NCBI GenBank assembly: GCA_002869265.1
Contig: PKTH01000019.1
Span: forward strand, 1 to 22,941
Origin: Candidatus Parcubacteria bacterium
GTDB lineage: Bacteria > Patescibacteriota > Patescibacteriia > Patescibacteriales > BM507
Direction of reading: 5' to 3'
Length of the DNA stretch: 22,941 nt
Position numbers and translations under genes: made by a program. Below, in pieces: positions 1-9,191 of this stretch; position 1 is the first letter of the stretch; every line of letters begins with the position of its first letter. Under the pieces are notes generated by a model. It saw only the letters and a list, made by a program, of their open reading frames with translations, searched no databases and was not told the origin of the DNA.

Positions 1-934
1 AATAATTAACTCCACTTGGGAACATAATCCAAATATCGGTAGACTTACCAGCTTTCAGATTGAAGGTGTAAGTTCCCTTTTGGTAGATTTTGTAGTCGGA
101 AGGAGCTTTCTTGCGACTTGTAACATTTTTTTCTTTCACCGAATTCGCAAAAAGAGAGCTTGATGATTCCGTTTTTAGGAATTCGTAAGGGACAGGAACC
201 TCCTTGCCGGAATAGAAGCCAGTATTAGGATCTTTTTGAATTACCATTATCCAGGGGATCCCATCTGGTATGTTGCCGATGACGCCATAGTTTGGCTCAG
301 TGTTCTGAACCCTTACGAGCTCATTGAGCTTGACTTTGGTCTTGACGCCGTTTTTGTCAACAAAGTCCCAGCTTTCAGCCTTGTTGTTCAGTTTCACCAG
401 TCTCATAACTTTGAAGTTGGTGATAACTTTTTGATGGGCGACCTTTGCCCTGACCTGTGCTGACCACTGCGGAGCACCGAAGATGCTACCAATATCTCTC
501 AGGCTAAGATTTATTCCAAGAAAGGAGCTTATCATCAACCAGGCGAGAATGTAGAAAGTAGCGATAACATTTAGGATAACAAATGGTCGCAAGGATGTTT
601 TCTTCATAAAATGAAGAGCAATATACCAAGCTGCGATCGAAGCAGTTCCGAACACCACCAGTTCAAAATTTGGAGATGTCCTCCAGTCACCTGTTGTGAA
701 CAAGTTTAGACTAATAACCATTACCGGATAGGTAATTGCAAAGAGGATTAAACTTCCAACCAATGCTAGGTACTTGTTATCCGGATCAATAAAGCCATTG
801 TAGCAGTCATTGCTTGAATTAGTGTTTTCAGAAGTATTCTGAGCAGCTGGTGCGTTTTTCAGACCAATGCTCAGTCCGCTTATTAGTAGGAGTATAAATC
901 CGCACACTCCCCAAATAATAATAGTAAAAGTCAT
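1..934 (-). CDS. Membrane protein of unknown function (4 predicted TM helices plus a C-terminal soluble domain), 5'-partial in the window. It is the downstream operon partner of the SPFH gene and may be an NfeD-like partner.
   Basis: ATG at 934-932 is preceded by a GGGAGA Shine-Dalgarno. The reverse-strand frame stays open for about 311 codons and runs off the window edge, so it is absent from the ORF track. N-terminus: MTFTIIIWGVCGFILLLISGLSIGL, followed by three more hydrophobic helices. The start lies 15 nt downstream of the SPFH gene stop. Confidence 0.45.
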   Translation of the reverse strand, partial: MTFTIIIWGVCGFILLLISGLSIGLKNAPAAQNTSENTNSSNDCYNGFIDPDNKYLALVGSLILFAITYPVMVISLNLFTTGDWRTSPNFELVVFGTASIAAWYIALHFMKKTSLRPFVILNVIATFYILAWLMISSFLGINLSLRDIGSIFGAPQWSAQVRAKVAHQKVITNFKVMRLVKLNNKAESWDFVDKNGVKTKVKLNELVRVQNTEPNYGVIGNIPDGIPWIMVIQKDPNTGFYSGKEVPVPYEFLKTESSSSLFANSVKEKNVTSRKKAPSDYKIYQKGTYTFNLKAGKSTDIWIMFPSGVNY

Positions 935-949
935 GTCATTTCTCCCTTT

Positions 950-2092
950 CTAGGCTGCAATTTTGGATATTATGCTTGAGATGTTCATTAACTCAGGCAT
1001 TGAAATTATAGTGTTGCTTTCCTGCTCCGCTGCTTTTTCAAGAGCTTCTAGGCGACGAATAAGTTGTCCAAGCTCATCATACTCCTTGATTGTACCGTAC
1101 TCCTTGCGGATTCGGAATTGCTCAGCCTTCGCCAGTTCTTTAATACTCTTGGCTTCAGCTTTTGCTTCAAAGAGTTTTGTGGCAGCTTCTTCATACATTG
1201 TTGCTCTGCTTCCACCAGGTTTTACCCGAAGAATTTGGAAGCTAGAGACATGAATACCAAATCGGTTTTTAATATTGTCTAAATCCACCTGGAGTGCGTC
1301 TTTAAAGGTCTCACTTTCTTGGTCGGTTTTTTTAGCAAGGACCTCCCAGTCAGATTTTGCAACATAGCGCCTGATAGCAGGTAAAACAAGCCCCCAGACC
1401 ATTTCGAGCCATTCTTGAACATCAAAGAGTGCTTTCTGGGGGTTTACCACTTGACATTGTACCGTTAGATCGAGGTCTAGAGGGACCATATTCTTATCTT
1501 CAGCCTCTTGAATCCTTGCGTAGTAAACGTCTGGTTGGAGTAAAATATATTTAATATCCTCCGCATGCGGTTTGTAGTAAATACCACCGGCATCTTTAAC
1601 ACCCTCTTCGTTGTCGGTTTGCTTCAAGCTATTCCATTTGAAGTTGTATTCATGGATAGTATGAAGAAAAGGTAAGCCAACAAACTTTATTCCTGAAAGG
1701 CCCAATTTATTGCTAAGCCAATCTTTTGATCTTTTCCATCCTGATATTACTGGAGATGTTTCGCCCCTTGTAATATCTCCTTCGTTGTTAATGCTGTGTT
1801 TAGAGTATTGGAAAATAATTCTTCGAAAACCACCTCCACCAGCACCCATGATCGCTTTGGCTTGGCCCTCGCAAACAGTAGTAACAAATATATCTAATTT
1901 GGCCAGAGCTTTTAAAAGATATAAGCTAAGAATAAAAAACACAATTAGTCCAAGAACTCCAAATAATATTGACAAAATTCCAGTTTTTGGTTCAGGCACA
2001 CTTTCTGCAACAGCTTGAACAATATGAATGTTCCCAAAAATTGCTGAAAATATCTCCTTGAACATGTCCCACACTTTTGAAATAATTCCCAT
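950..2092 (-). CDS. SPFH/band-7 (stomatin/HflKC/flotillin-like) membrane protein
   Basis: N-terminal TM helix. SPFH-like blocks are present (GLPFLHTIHEY, DLTVQCQVVNPQKALFDVQEW, GIHVSSFQILRVKP), followed by an Ala/Glu/Lys-rich coiled-coil tail (ATKLFEAKAEAKSIKELAKAE). An AAGGAG ribosome-binding site sits 8 nt upstream. Confidence 0.65.
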   Translation of the reverse strand: MGIISKVWDMFKEIFSAIFGNIHIVQAVAESVPEPKTGILSILFGVLGLIVFFILSLYLLKALAKLDIFVTTVCEGQAKAIMGAGGGGFRRIIFQYSKHSINNEGDITRGETSPVISGWKRSKDWLSNKLGLSGIKFVGLPFLHTIHEYNFKWNSLKQTDNEEGVKDAGGIYYKPHAEDIKYILLQPDVYYARIQEAEDKNMVPLDLDLTVQCQVVNPQKALFDVQEWLEMVWGLVLPAIRRYVAKSDWEVLAKKTDQESETFKDALQVDLDNIKNRFGIHVSSFQILRVKPGGSRATMYEEAATKLFEAKAEAKSIKELAKAEQFRIRKEYGTIKEYDELGQLIRRLEALEKAAEQESNTIISMPELMNISSIISKIAA

Positions 2093-2369
2093 GACTTGTC
2101 TCCTTTTTTATTTAAGGTTAGGTTAAAATATTTTATTATTTAGTTGTCAAATAGCAAATATATTGTTAGCAAGCACTATTTATTTAGTATAGTAGCTTGA
2201 TAGAGAATATTAGCATATTTTCCTTATTTTGTCAATAGGTAATTTATCAGATCTATATTGTGGTTAAATATTCAAAAAAATGCTATACTATTTACAAAAT
2301 TACTAAAATATGATATAGTAATCTATTGTTAGATCTTTAAATAAACATCCAAAAGAAAGGAGTTTTCTT

Positions 2370-2693
2370 ATGTCTGCTGCTAGTGATAGATTTGAAAAAG
2401 AAGTTGTTTTTTCAATTTGTTCTGAGAAAAAATGTAGAAAAATTGTAGGCTGCACTATTGAGGGCGTAAAAAGAACTTGCACAAAATGTGAAAGAAATTG
2501 TGGATGGAGTCTAAAAGTTTTATCAAAAGAATGGTATGATTTTTTTGAAAAAAATGACGCTTCTACAGGTGCTCAATGTGGCTTTCATCAAGAATTAGCA
2601 TTTTTTAAAGCAGGAGCCTTAGAGGGTGAAGTTCCTAAAAAAATAAGGAAATTCCACAGAAAATTAATATCACAGGCTATTGCAGAGTCTTAA
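2370..2693 (+). CDS. Small Cys-rich hypothetical protein (8 Cys, possibly zinc-binding)
   Basis: AAAGGAG ribosome-binding site upstream. CxxxC and CxxC-like motifs (CSEKKCRKIVGC, CTKCERNC). AT-rich promoter region 2100-2360. Confidence 0.45.
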   Translation: MSAASDRFEKEVVFSICSEKKCRKIVGCTIEGVKRTCTKCERNCGWSLKVLSKEWYDFFEKNDASTGAQCGFHQELAFFKAGALEGEVPKKIRKFHRKLISQAIAES

Positions 2694-2722
2694 AAAAGGA
2701 GCTATGATGTTTTTATTAAATT

Positions 2723-2755
2723 GAGCGTTCATCTCGTATGAGCGCTTTATTCTGT
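2723..2755 (+). terminator. Candidate intrinsic terminator after the Cys-rich gene
   Basis: Imperfect 9-bp stem AGCGTTCAT/ATGAGCGCT with loop CTCGT, followed by a short T-rich tail (TTTATTCTG) with no clean T-run, so this is a weak call. Confidence 0.35.
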
Positions 2756-2810
2756 AAAAATATTGAAATTTATTATATAATACAGATAGAATTAACAAAT
2801 TAAAATCATT

Positions 2811-3785
2811 ATGGAATATTTTATAGTCTCTATATTGCTAATTTTTTCAGCACTTTTTTCGGGCCTGACTTTGGGCTTTTTTTCTTTGAATAAAAGTGAT
2901 CTAGAAAGAAAAGCAGATCTTGGAGACAAGGAGGCAAAACTAGTTTTGCTAGTTAGAAGAGATGGTAATTTACTTCTCTCTACACTTTTGGTAAGTAACG
3001 TGGCAGTTAATGCAGTGATTTCTATTTTCTTGGGTTCTGTAACTTCTGGGGTGGCAGCCGCATTTATAGCTACTGGACTGATTGTAATTTTTGGAGAGAT
3101 TATACCTCAAGCCTCTTTTTCTAGAAACGCTCTTTCTTTTGGTGCCAAATTTGTCTGGCTGATAGTCATCTTTCGAGCAGTTTTTTATGTGATCACAAAA
3201 CCGATTGCCATGGCTCTTGATAAAGTTTTAGGCGAAGAGCTACCAACAGTTTATTCAAAAAAAGAGTTAATGAAAATGATAGAAGAACATGAAGAGTCTC
3301 CTGTTTCGGACATTGACGAAGATGAAGAAAGAATTGTAAAAGGGGCTCTAGCTTTTTCCGGGATGAAAGTAAGCGATGTTATGACAAAGGCGGAAGATGT
3401 TTTTATGCTTTCTTCAAAAAAAGTTCTTGACAGAGAAACAATTGATTTGATTATGAAAAAAGGATTCTCTAGAATACCTATTTTTAATAATGGTTCAACA
3501 ACCATCTTGGGTGTTTTATACGCCAAGGATCTAATATCTGAAGACACTCATGATAAAATGACAGAAGAGGTCGCTAGGAGCAGAGTAGTTGTCGTAGACA
3601 AAGGGAAAAACCTCGATCATCTATTAAATGATTTTCGAAAGTCGAGAAATCACTTATTCGTTGTAAAAGAGTTGGACGAGTTTGTTGGAATAGTGACGAT
3701 TGAAGATGTCTTAGAAGAAATAATTGACGCTGAAATAGTAGATGAATTTGATAATGAAGAATTAATTTCAAAAGTAATTGAATAG
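2811..3785 (+). CDS. CNNM/DUF21 transmembrane domain plus CBS-pair protein (CorC/HlyC/TlyC family, putative Mg2+/Co2+ efflux or hemolysin-like)
   Basis: N-terminal DUF21-like 4-TM region (LLVSNVAVNAV, FGEIIPQ), then tandem CBS domains (VSDVMTKAEDVFMLS, GIVTIEDVLEEI). Confidence 0.8.
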   Translation: MEYFIVSILLIFSALFSGLTLGFFSLNKSDLERKADLGDKEAKLVLLVRRDGNLLLSTLLVSNVAVNAVISIFLGSVTSGVAAAFIATGLIVIFGEIIPQASFSRNALSFGAKFVWLIVIFRAVFYVITKPIAMALDKVLGEELPTVYSKKELMKMIEEHEESPVSDIDEDEERIVKGALAFSGMKVSDVMTKAEDVFMLSSKKVLDRETIDLIMKKGFSRIPIFNNGSTTILGVLYAKDLISEDTHDKMTEEVARSRVVVVDKGKNLDHLLNDFRKSRNHLFVVKELDEFVGIVTIEDVLEEIIDAEIVDEFDNEELISKVIE

Positions 3786-3974
3786 TATGACAAAAAAAAT
3801 ATTTTCAAGTTTTTTAGTTTTTACATTTGTTTTTTCTGTGTTTGTAACCATGCACAATGTTCATAACAAGAAAAAGATTTATTTTGTAAAACCATTTTGG
3901 GTGGCCGAACAATCAAAAGCTTTCGAACTTGGTCAGTGGCCTCAAGAATAATATAAAAAATATAAAAGAAAAAA

Positions 3975-4003
3975 GGCAGTCCGTTTTGGACTGCCTTTGC
4001 TTT
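3975..4003 (+). terminator. Rho-independent terminator
   Basis: GGCAGTCC-GTTT-TGGACTGCC hairpin followed by a T-rich tail (TTTGCTTTGGTTTTGG) with no clean T-run. Confidence 0.6.
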
Positions 4004-4039
4004 GGTTTTGGCTGTTCGGAAATTTTTATATTTTAGTCA

Positions 4040-4480
4040 TCAGCGATGACCAGGTGCCAGAAACAGTGAAACATCACCATTTTGTTCTCCCGGGCTTGTC
4101 GTTATATCGACGTATTTTCGGCTGCCTGCTTCATAGTCGAACCCTTGCCAGTCAGGATAATAACATGTCTTATGTTTTTCATGGGATACCTCGTCTCTCT
4201 GGATGTTGGAAGAAAGTTTTTAATAACCCTGTGTAGGCCGGGCAGCCTACGGTAGATAAGGGCACCTCCTCTCTGAGATATACTCATTTAGTGTTTCTTT
4301 ATTTTGGATTTTTACAAGAAAGTAGTGCATAACAAAAAGTTTTTGTCAGCAGATATCTCCTTATGGAGAATTAAAAGAAACGGGCGAATTCTACCCCTAG
4401 AAACATGGCGGATCTTGTTCCATTTCTGAAACCCTCCTCTCCTAGTTGGGGTTAAAGTGCAATTAGTACAGAAAAACCTG
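4040..4480. ncRNA. Candidate structured non-coding RNA of unknown class in a GC-enriched convergent intergenic gap
   Basis: The 730-bp gap lies between two convergent genes. Its GC content is visibly higher than flanking DNA. It has many local hairpins, for example GTAGGC-CGGGCA-GCCTAC at 4234-4251 and CCCCTAG...CTAGTTGGGG at 4393-4450. The only ORFs are short and overlap each other in antisense. Confidence 0.2.
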
Positions 4481-4519
4481 TTATTAAAATTATATTAAAT
4501 ATTGGTTATTTATTCAAGG

Positions 4520-5551
4520 CTATTTTTTGGCAGCCAGTTGTCCGCAGGCTGCATTTATGTCACCGCCAACGCTTTTTCTGATAGTAGAGGCTATTTTTAG
4601 TTTAGCTAGGTTTTTATGAAAGTCTTCAGCCCTTTCCCTTGAGGAGGGCCTAAATGACGTGTCAGTAGAGTTGTATCTTATGAGGTTGATATGTATAAGA
4701 TGTTTTTTTTCTATATTTGCAATAAAACGGGCGATTTGAGTGACATCCTCTTCTCGATCATTTAAACCATCAAATAAAATATATTCAAAAAATATTTTCC
4801 TATTTGTGGTTTGTAGATAGTAGTTAATAGCTTGTGCCAATTCTCTTAAATCATATTTTTTGTTAACCGGCATATTCTTTGATCTTTCTTCGTCGTTCGG
4901 GAATACAAGAGAGACTGCTAGATTTAGTTGAGGGAACTCACGAGCGAACTTTTTTATTTTGTCAGCAACTCCTGAGGTGGAAACAGAAATATGTCTCGCA
5001 GAAAAATTGAAAAGACTCTCGTCTAGTAGTTTTTTGATAGCCAGTGAAACTTCGTCCCAGTTCATAAATGGCTCACCCATTCCCATGAAGACAATGTTTG
5101 ATAAAGTATCTTCGGCTTTGTTCTTTTTGAGATATTGTTTCCAGAAAAGCACTTGGTCAATTATTTCTTCGTAGTTAAGGTTTCTTTTAAAGCCAATTTT
5201 TCCAGTAGCACAAAAACTACAACCCATGGGGCAGCCAACTTGAGAAGAAATACAAGCCGTCCAGTGTTTGTCGATAGAGCCTGGCATCAAGACGGTTTCG
5301 ATCGCGTGACCATCTTTTAATTCTAGTAGAACCTTTTGAGAGCCATCTTTTTTATCAGACTGTATTTCATTTGGTTTGAAGGAGAGAATATTGAATTCTT
5401 TATCAATTTTTTCTCGTAAATCCTTTGCTAGAGTTGATATTTCTAAAAACGAAGAAACCGAGTCTTGGTAGACTGCTTTTAAAATTTGTTTCAAACGGAA
5501 TTTTGGTAGTTTGTTATCTTCTAAATATTGGCTAAGTTTTTTTATATCCAT
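4520..5551 (-). CDS. rlmN: 23S rRNA (adenine2503-C2)/tRNA methyltransferase RlmN, radical SAM
   Basis: CPMGCSFCATG radical-SAM CxxxCxxC motif, GMGEP motif, and the C-terminal GGDINAACGQL motif typical of RlmN/Cfr. Confidence 0.85.
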   Translation of the reverse strand: MDIKKLSQYLEDNKLPKFRLKQILKAVYQDSVSSFLEISTLAKDLREKIDKEFNILSFKPNEIQSDKKDGSQKVLLELKDGHAIETVLMPGSIDKHWTACISSQVGCPMGCSFCATGKIGFKRNLNYEEIIDQVLFWKQYLKKNKAEDTLSNIVFMGMGEPFMNWDEVSLAIKKLLDESLFNFSARHISVSTSGVADKIKKFAREFPQLNLAVSLVFPNDEERSKNMPVNKKYDLRELAQAINYYLQTTNRKIFFEYILFDGLNDREEDVTQIARFIANIEKKHLIHINLIRYNSTDTSFRPSSRERAEDFHKNLAKLKIASTIRKSVGGDINAACGQLAAKK

Positions 5552-6622
5552 TTAGTTAAATAAGAAATGACAAATGTCACCATCTTGCATGACGTAATCC
5601 TTTCCTTCAGTTTTAATTAGTCCTTTTTCACGGCAATTTGCCTCTCCATTGTTTTCGATAAAATCATTATATTTAATAATTTCTGCCCTAATAAATCCTT
5701 TTTCAAAATCAGTATGAATCACTCCAGCGGCCTGGGGAGCCTTGAAGCCATTTTTGTAGGTCCAAGCTCTTGTCTCTTCTTTTCCAGTCGTAAAGTATGT
5801 TGAGAGACCAAGAAGTTTATAGGAAGCTTTAATTAGCTTGTCTAGACCGCTTGAATCCAGTCCAAGCTCTTCAATATATTCTTTCTGATCACCAGGATCC
5901 ATCGAAGCAATTTCCTCTTCCATCTTAGCATCGAGGGCAATTATATCGTCTCCCCATTTTGCTTTTAGTTCTGTTAAGTCTTTTGAAATATCCTTAGTAT
6001 TTAGAGCATAAACTATTGGCTTGGCGGTTAGGAGGCTAAGTGACTTTATCGATAGTTTTTCTTCAGTACTCATGTCTATGTCGCGGACAGCTTTTTCATT
6101 TTCTAGGCCTTCTTTTACTCTAGTGAGTAAATCTCTTAGTGCTACTGATTCTTTATTTCCAGATTTCGCGTCTTTAGCTACTTTATCAAGGCTTTTAGTT
6201 ACTGTTGCTAGGTCGGCCAATATTAATTCAAGGTTGATAGTTTCCTTGTCTCCATCTGGGTCAATTTTGCCGTTAACATGAATAATGTTTCCATCTTTAA
6301 ACTCACGGACAACCTCACAAATCGCATCGCACTCCCTGATGTGGGATAAAAATTTATTGCCAAGACCTTCTCCTTTTGAGGCTCCAGAAACAAGCCCCGC
6401 TATATCAACAAACTCAATAGTAGTTGGAATAATCTTTGTGGGGTTTGAAATAGAAGCTATCTTTTCTAGTCGTTCATCAGGTACCTTAACAATACCGACA
6501 TTAGGGTCGATAGTGCAGAAGGGGTAATTTGACGCCTCAGCTGATTTGTTCTGAGTTAAGACATTAAATAAAGTTGATTTACCAACATTGGGCAAACCAA
6601 CTATTCCGATTGATAAGGCCAT
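5552..6622 (-). CDS. ychF: Ribosome-binding ATPase YchF (Obg-family GTPase with a TGS domain)
   Basis: [16 protein letters not shown]-loop and a C-terminal TGS-like region ([23 protein letters not shown]). Its stop abuts the rlmN start, indicating an operon. Confidence 0.9.
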   Translation of the reverse strand: MALSIGIVGLPNVGKSTLFNVLTQNKSAEASNYPFCTIDPNVGIVKVPDERLEKIASISNPTKIIPTTIEFVDIAGLVSGASKGEGLGNKFLSHIRECDAICEVVREFKDGNIIHVNGKIDPDGDKETINLELILADLATVTKSLDKVAKDAKSGNKESVALRDLLTRVKEGLENEKAVRDIDMSTEEKLSIKSLSLLTAKPIVYALNTKDISKDLTELKAKWGDDIIALDAKMEEEIASMDPGDQKEYIEELGLDSSGLDKLIKASYKLLGLSTYFTTGKEETRAWTYKNGFKAPQAAGVIHTDFEKGFIRAEIIKYNDFIENNGEANCREKGLIKTEGKDYVMQDGDICHFLFN

Positions 6623-6728
6623 TATATTATTTTTTACTATTTAGCTATAAAGAATTTAGCAGACAAAGTCAAATAAATCAAGATGCAAGCAGTATTCCTA
6701 AAAGCAGGATCTATGCTAATATAACATT

Positions 6729-7925
6729 ATGAAAATAGAAGATATAAAATTTTTTAAAACAAAAGAAGGTCTTGCTTTGATAGAGAAATATAAAGAATTA
6801 TCAACAGAGGAACTTGAAATGCTTTCTTTTAATTTGGCTAAAAACAATGTTCCACATTATTCATACTTGATAACACTTCTAAAACTTCGTAAAAAATCAA
6901 TAAATAAATTCTCAAAATCCGAAGAGATGTTTTTTGATTCTCTTGGACTAGAGATGTCTACAGATGAAAGGGTGAGTAAGCATATTGCAGAAAGGTTTAA
7001 AAGATCAAAAAAAGTGCTTGAGATAGGCTGCGGCCTTGGAGGAAATACAATATTTTTAGCTAATAATTCTAGAGTCTTAGCTATAGATAGGTCAGAAACC
7101 AGCGTAGAAATAGCCAGGCATAACACTAAAATATATGGCGTAGAAAATGAAGTTGATTTTAAAATTGGTGACGCTCTAGATTATCTGGATGAGAATATTG
7201 ATGCAGTGTTTATAGACCCAATGAGAGCTCGCGAGGGCAAGACCAAGACAAGATCATTCCTAAATTCAGAACCAAATATTATTGAAGCTCTGCCAAGGAT
7301 AATGAAGCATACGAAGAACATTGGCATTAAGGTTTCCCCAGCATTTGACTACAAGGAGCTAAAATTATTGCCAGAGGCTCCAGAAGTGGAAGTAATTGCC
7401 TTAAAAAATGAAAACAAGGTTGCCATGCTGTGGTTTGGAGACTTAAGAATGAACAAAAGCAAGGCTACTATTATTAGCGAAAAAAATCATGTTGAAATAA
7501 CTGACAAAGGTAATTTTGGTGAAATAATAGTTCAAAAAGAACCTAAAGAGTATATTTACGAACCAAATAAAGCAATAATTAAAGCTCATTTGATTGATGA
7601 GCTAGCAGATGAATATAATTTATCAAAGCTAAACAAGAATATTGCATTTTTGAGCAGCGCCAAGAAGGAGACCTCCGAAGATTATAAGTTTAAAACTTAT
7701 AAATTAGTAGATTATCAGCCTTTTTCTCTTAAGTCTTTGAAAAAAAACCTGAAAGCTAGAAGGATAGAAAGAATCGAAATAGTTAACAGAGGCACGCCAA
7801 TAAATGCTGGAAAATTAGCCAAAGAACTAAAATTAAAAGAAGGGGGAACTACTGTGGTCTTGATAGGAAAACTAAGAGACGATAAAAACTATTATTTTAT
7901 TACTGAAAAAACAAAAAGTGACTAA
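6729..7925 (+). CDS. Class I SAM-dependent methyltransferase (putative RNA methyltransferase with a C-terminal extension)
   Basis: SAM motif I VLEIGCGLGGNT, an acidic-loop D (LAIDRS), and a VFIDPMR motif-IV-like block. The C-terminal ~150 aa look like an extra domain. Confidence 0.6.
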   Translation: MKIEDIKFFKTKEGLALIEKYKELSTEELEMLSFNLAKNNVPHYSYLITLLKLRKKSINKFSKSEEMFFDSLGLEMSTDERVSKHIAERFKRSKKVLEIGCGLGGNTIFLANNSRVLAIDRSETSVEIARHNTKIYGVENEVDFKIGDALDYLDENIDAVFIDPMRAREGKTKTRSFLNSEPNIIEALPRIMKHTKNIGIKVSPAFDYKELKLLPEAPEVEVIALKNENKVAMLWFGDLRMNKSKATIISEKNHVEITDKGNFGEIIVQKEPKEYIYEPNKAIIKAHLIDELADEYNLSKLNKNIAFLSSAKKETSEDYKFKTYKLVDYQPFSLKSLKKNLKARRIERIEIVNRGTPINAGKLAKELKLKEGGTTVVLIGKLRDDKNYYFITEKTKSD

Positions 7926-8036
7926 AATTAGCAAAAAATACATTTTTTAAAAGTAGAAATAAATTTCAAAAATAAAATCTCAGAATGTGGATAAGATATT
8001 TTTTTTATTTAATATTAGTATCAAATTGAGGCAGGA

Positions 8037-8065
8037 TTGACTTTTTTGCTAATATTTGATATAAT
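8037..8065 (+). promoter_or_regulatory. Near-consensus sigma70 promoter (TTGACT-N17-TATAAT)
   Basis: TTGACT at 8037-8042, a 17-nt spacer, and TATAAT at 8060-8065, about 30 nt upstream of a small ORF. Confidence 0.45.
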
Positions 8066-8096
8066 ACTTATATAAATAAAAAATAAAAACAAAAAC

Positions 8097-8255
8097 ATGA
8101 ACCATGAACACCAAGAAGGTTCTTGCCCAACATGTGGGTCAAAACCTAAAAAGGTGCACAAGCATGTGTTCAACGCTGATTTCTTGTTTATCTTGATTAC
8201 AAGCGTTGTACTAAATGCATATGCACTGACTTATACATACGCATTCTTTGGATAG
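8097..8255 (+). CDS. Small hypothetical protein (52 aa) with a CxxC pair and a C-terminal TM helix
   Basis: MNHEHQEGSCPTCGSKPKKVHKHVFNADFLFILITSVVLNAYALTYTYAFFG. It sits between a strong promoter and a bidirectional terminator, has no Shine-Dalgarno sequence, and is below the size cutoff of the ORF track. Confidence 0.3.
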   Translation: MNHEHQEGSCPTCGSKPKKVHKHVFNADFLFILITSVVLNAYALTYTYAFFG

Positions 8256-8281
8256 TATACTAATCTATATAGATTAATTAA

Positions 8282-8309
8282 AAAAGACCCTACTGGGGTC
8301 TTTTTTATT
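8282..8309. terminator. Bidirectional intrinsic terminator
   Basis: AAGACCC-TACTG-GGGTCTT hairpin flanked by an A-run on the 5' side and a T-run on the 3' side. It lies between convergent genes. Confidence 0.6.
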
Positions 8310-8628
8310 TTTGCTTATTTCTCAATCTTATTATCGATATGAAAAATAGAAATATTACGAAAAGAAGAGTTAAGGAAGAAAAGGCGATGTAGTCTGTTAC
8401 GAAATTTTGCCCTTTTATAAAAATAGACAGTAAGGTTAAGTAGATAAATGCAAAAGGGAGGCCAATAATTATAGGGAGGAGTCGGTTGATAGTGCTTAGA
8501 CCTGTTTTTTCTTCACTTTGGATAGCCCCGCACTTTGCACATGATAATCTAAGATAAGAATGCTCACCATGTCTGTAAACTTCTGTTTTATGTCTTTTTA
8601 TTTCAGATCTACATTTTATACAATTCAT
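8305..8628 (-). CDS. Zinc-ribbon (CxxC...CxxC) protein with two C-terminal TM helices, hypothetical
   Basis: MNCIKCRSEI...CAKCGAIQ zinc ribbon, then a hydrophobic C-terminal half. Confidence 0.5.
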   Translation of the reverse strand: MNCIKCRSEIKRHKTEVYRHGEHSYLRLSCAKCGAIQSEEKTGLSTINRLLPIIIGLPFAFIYLTLLSIFIKGQNFVTDYIAFSSLTLLFVIFLFFISIIRLRNKQK

Positions 8629-8629
8629 A

Positions 8630-9064
8630 CTATTTTGATAAACACTCCCGAGCTTTAATGAATTCTAGGGCTTCAGGGGCGCTGCCGGCAATTATTTCAT
8701 CAGCTCTGGCTTGGCCAAGTTTTTCGATAAAGCAGGCTCCCATTTCTGGGCTAATGGTTTTTGGAAGATTTTCAATATTTACACCAAAGCTTTCTAGTTT
8801 TTTTTCTTGTTCTTCGTTTAGCAGAGGATTTTTATCTGAGCTTATTATCTCCTGCGCTTTAGGAATTACTTTTTCTTCAATAGTGTTTTTTGCATTTTCA
8901 ACAATATCCTCGTTTTCAATAAGTGTCTCGGTACTTAGATAGTGGTTGATTGCTATGCCAATTATTTTATTTCTTAGTTCGAAGGGATTGAAATATAAAA
9001 TCACCCCGATAATTAAAATGAGAAGAAATACGATGAGAACGAATAGTTGGAATGCTTTTTTCAT
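8630..9064 (-). CDS. Membrane-anchored hypothetical protein
   Basis: N-terminal TM helix (LFVLIVFLLILIIGVILYF) and an acidic soluble domain. Its stop overlaps the downstream gene start by 1 nt. Confidence 0.5.
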   Translation of the reverse strand: MKKAFQLFVLIVFLLILIIGVILYFNPFELRNKIIGIAINHYLSTETLIENEDIVENAKNTIEEKVIPKAQEIISSDKNPLLNEEQEKKLESFGVNIENLPKTISPEMGACFIEKLGQARADEIIAGSAPEALEFIKARECLSK

Positions 9065-9141
9065 ATATTTTGTGTTATTGTTTTATTATATCATTTTTTA
9101 TGATTTTAGTTTAATATATATTACATGCCAGAATATAACTC

Positions 9142-9178
9142 AAACGGCTAAGTACGAAATGTACTTAGCCGTTTTTTC
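9142..9178. terminator. Intrinsic terminator downstream of copA
   Basis: CGGCTAAGTAC-GAAAT-GTACTTAGCCG 11-bp stem followed by TTTTTT on the plus strand and preceded by an A-rich tract. Confidence 0.55.
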
Positions 9179-9191
9179 ATTCTTTGGAAAT

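Noticed and set aside
236-463. Antisense or internal ORFs from the six-frame track (for example 236-463+, 963-1253+, 1710-2018+, 3251-3547-, 5135-5320+, 6021-6281+, 9526-9756+, 10003-10395+, 10420-10851+, 13830-14108-, 16208-16537-, 17369-17578+, 22470-22664-)
   Set aside because: Each lies within, and antisense to or out of frame with, a longer ORF that has clear homology or coding features. They are low-complexity or Ser/Leu-rich translations typical of spurious frames.
4040-4480. Attempted to assign the GC-rich gap to tmRNA, RNase P RNA or SRP RNA
   Set aside because: By eye, no tRNA-like T-arm or acceptor end, no GGAAAGUCCGG / ACAGAACCCGGCUUA P4 strands in the right order, and no AGGUCAGGUCCGGAAGGAAGCAGC SRP motif were found. 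A weak CCCGGGCUUGUCG resemblance is in the wrong position. It is kept only as an unclassified ncRNA candidate.
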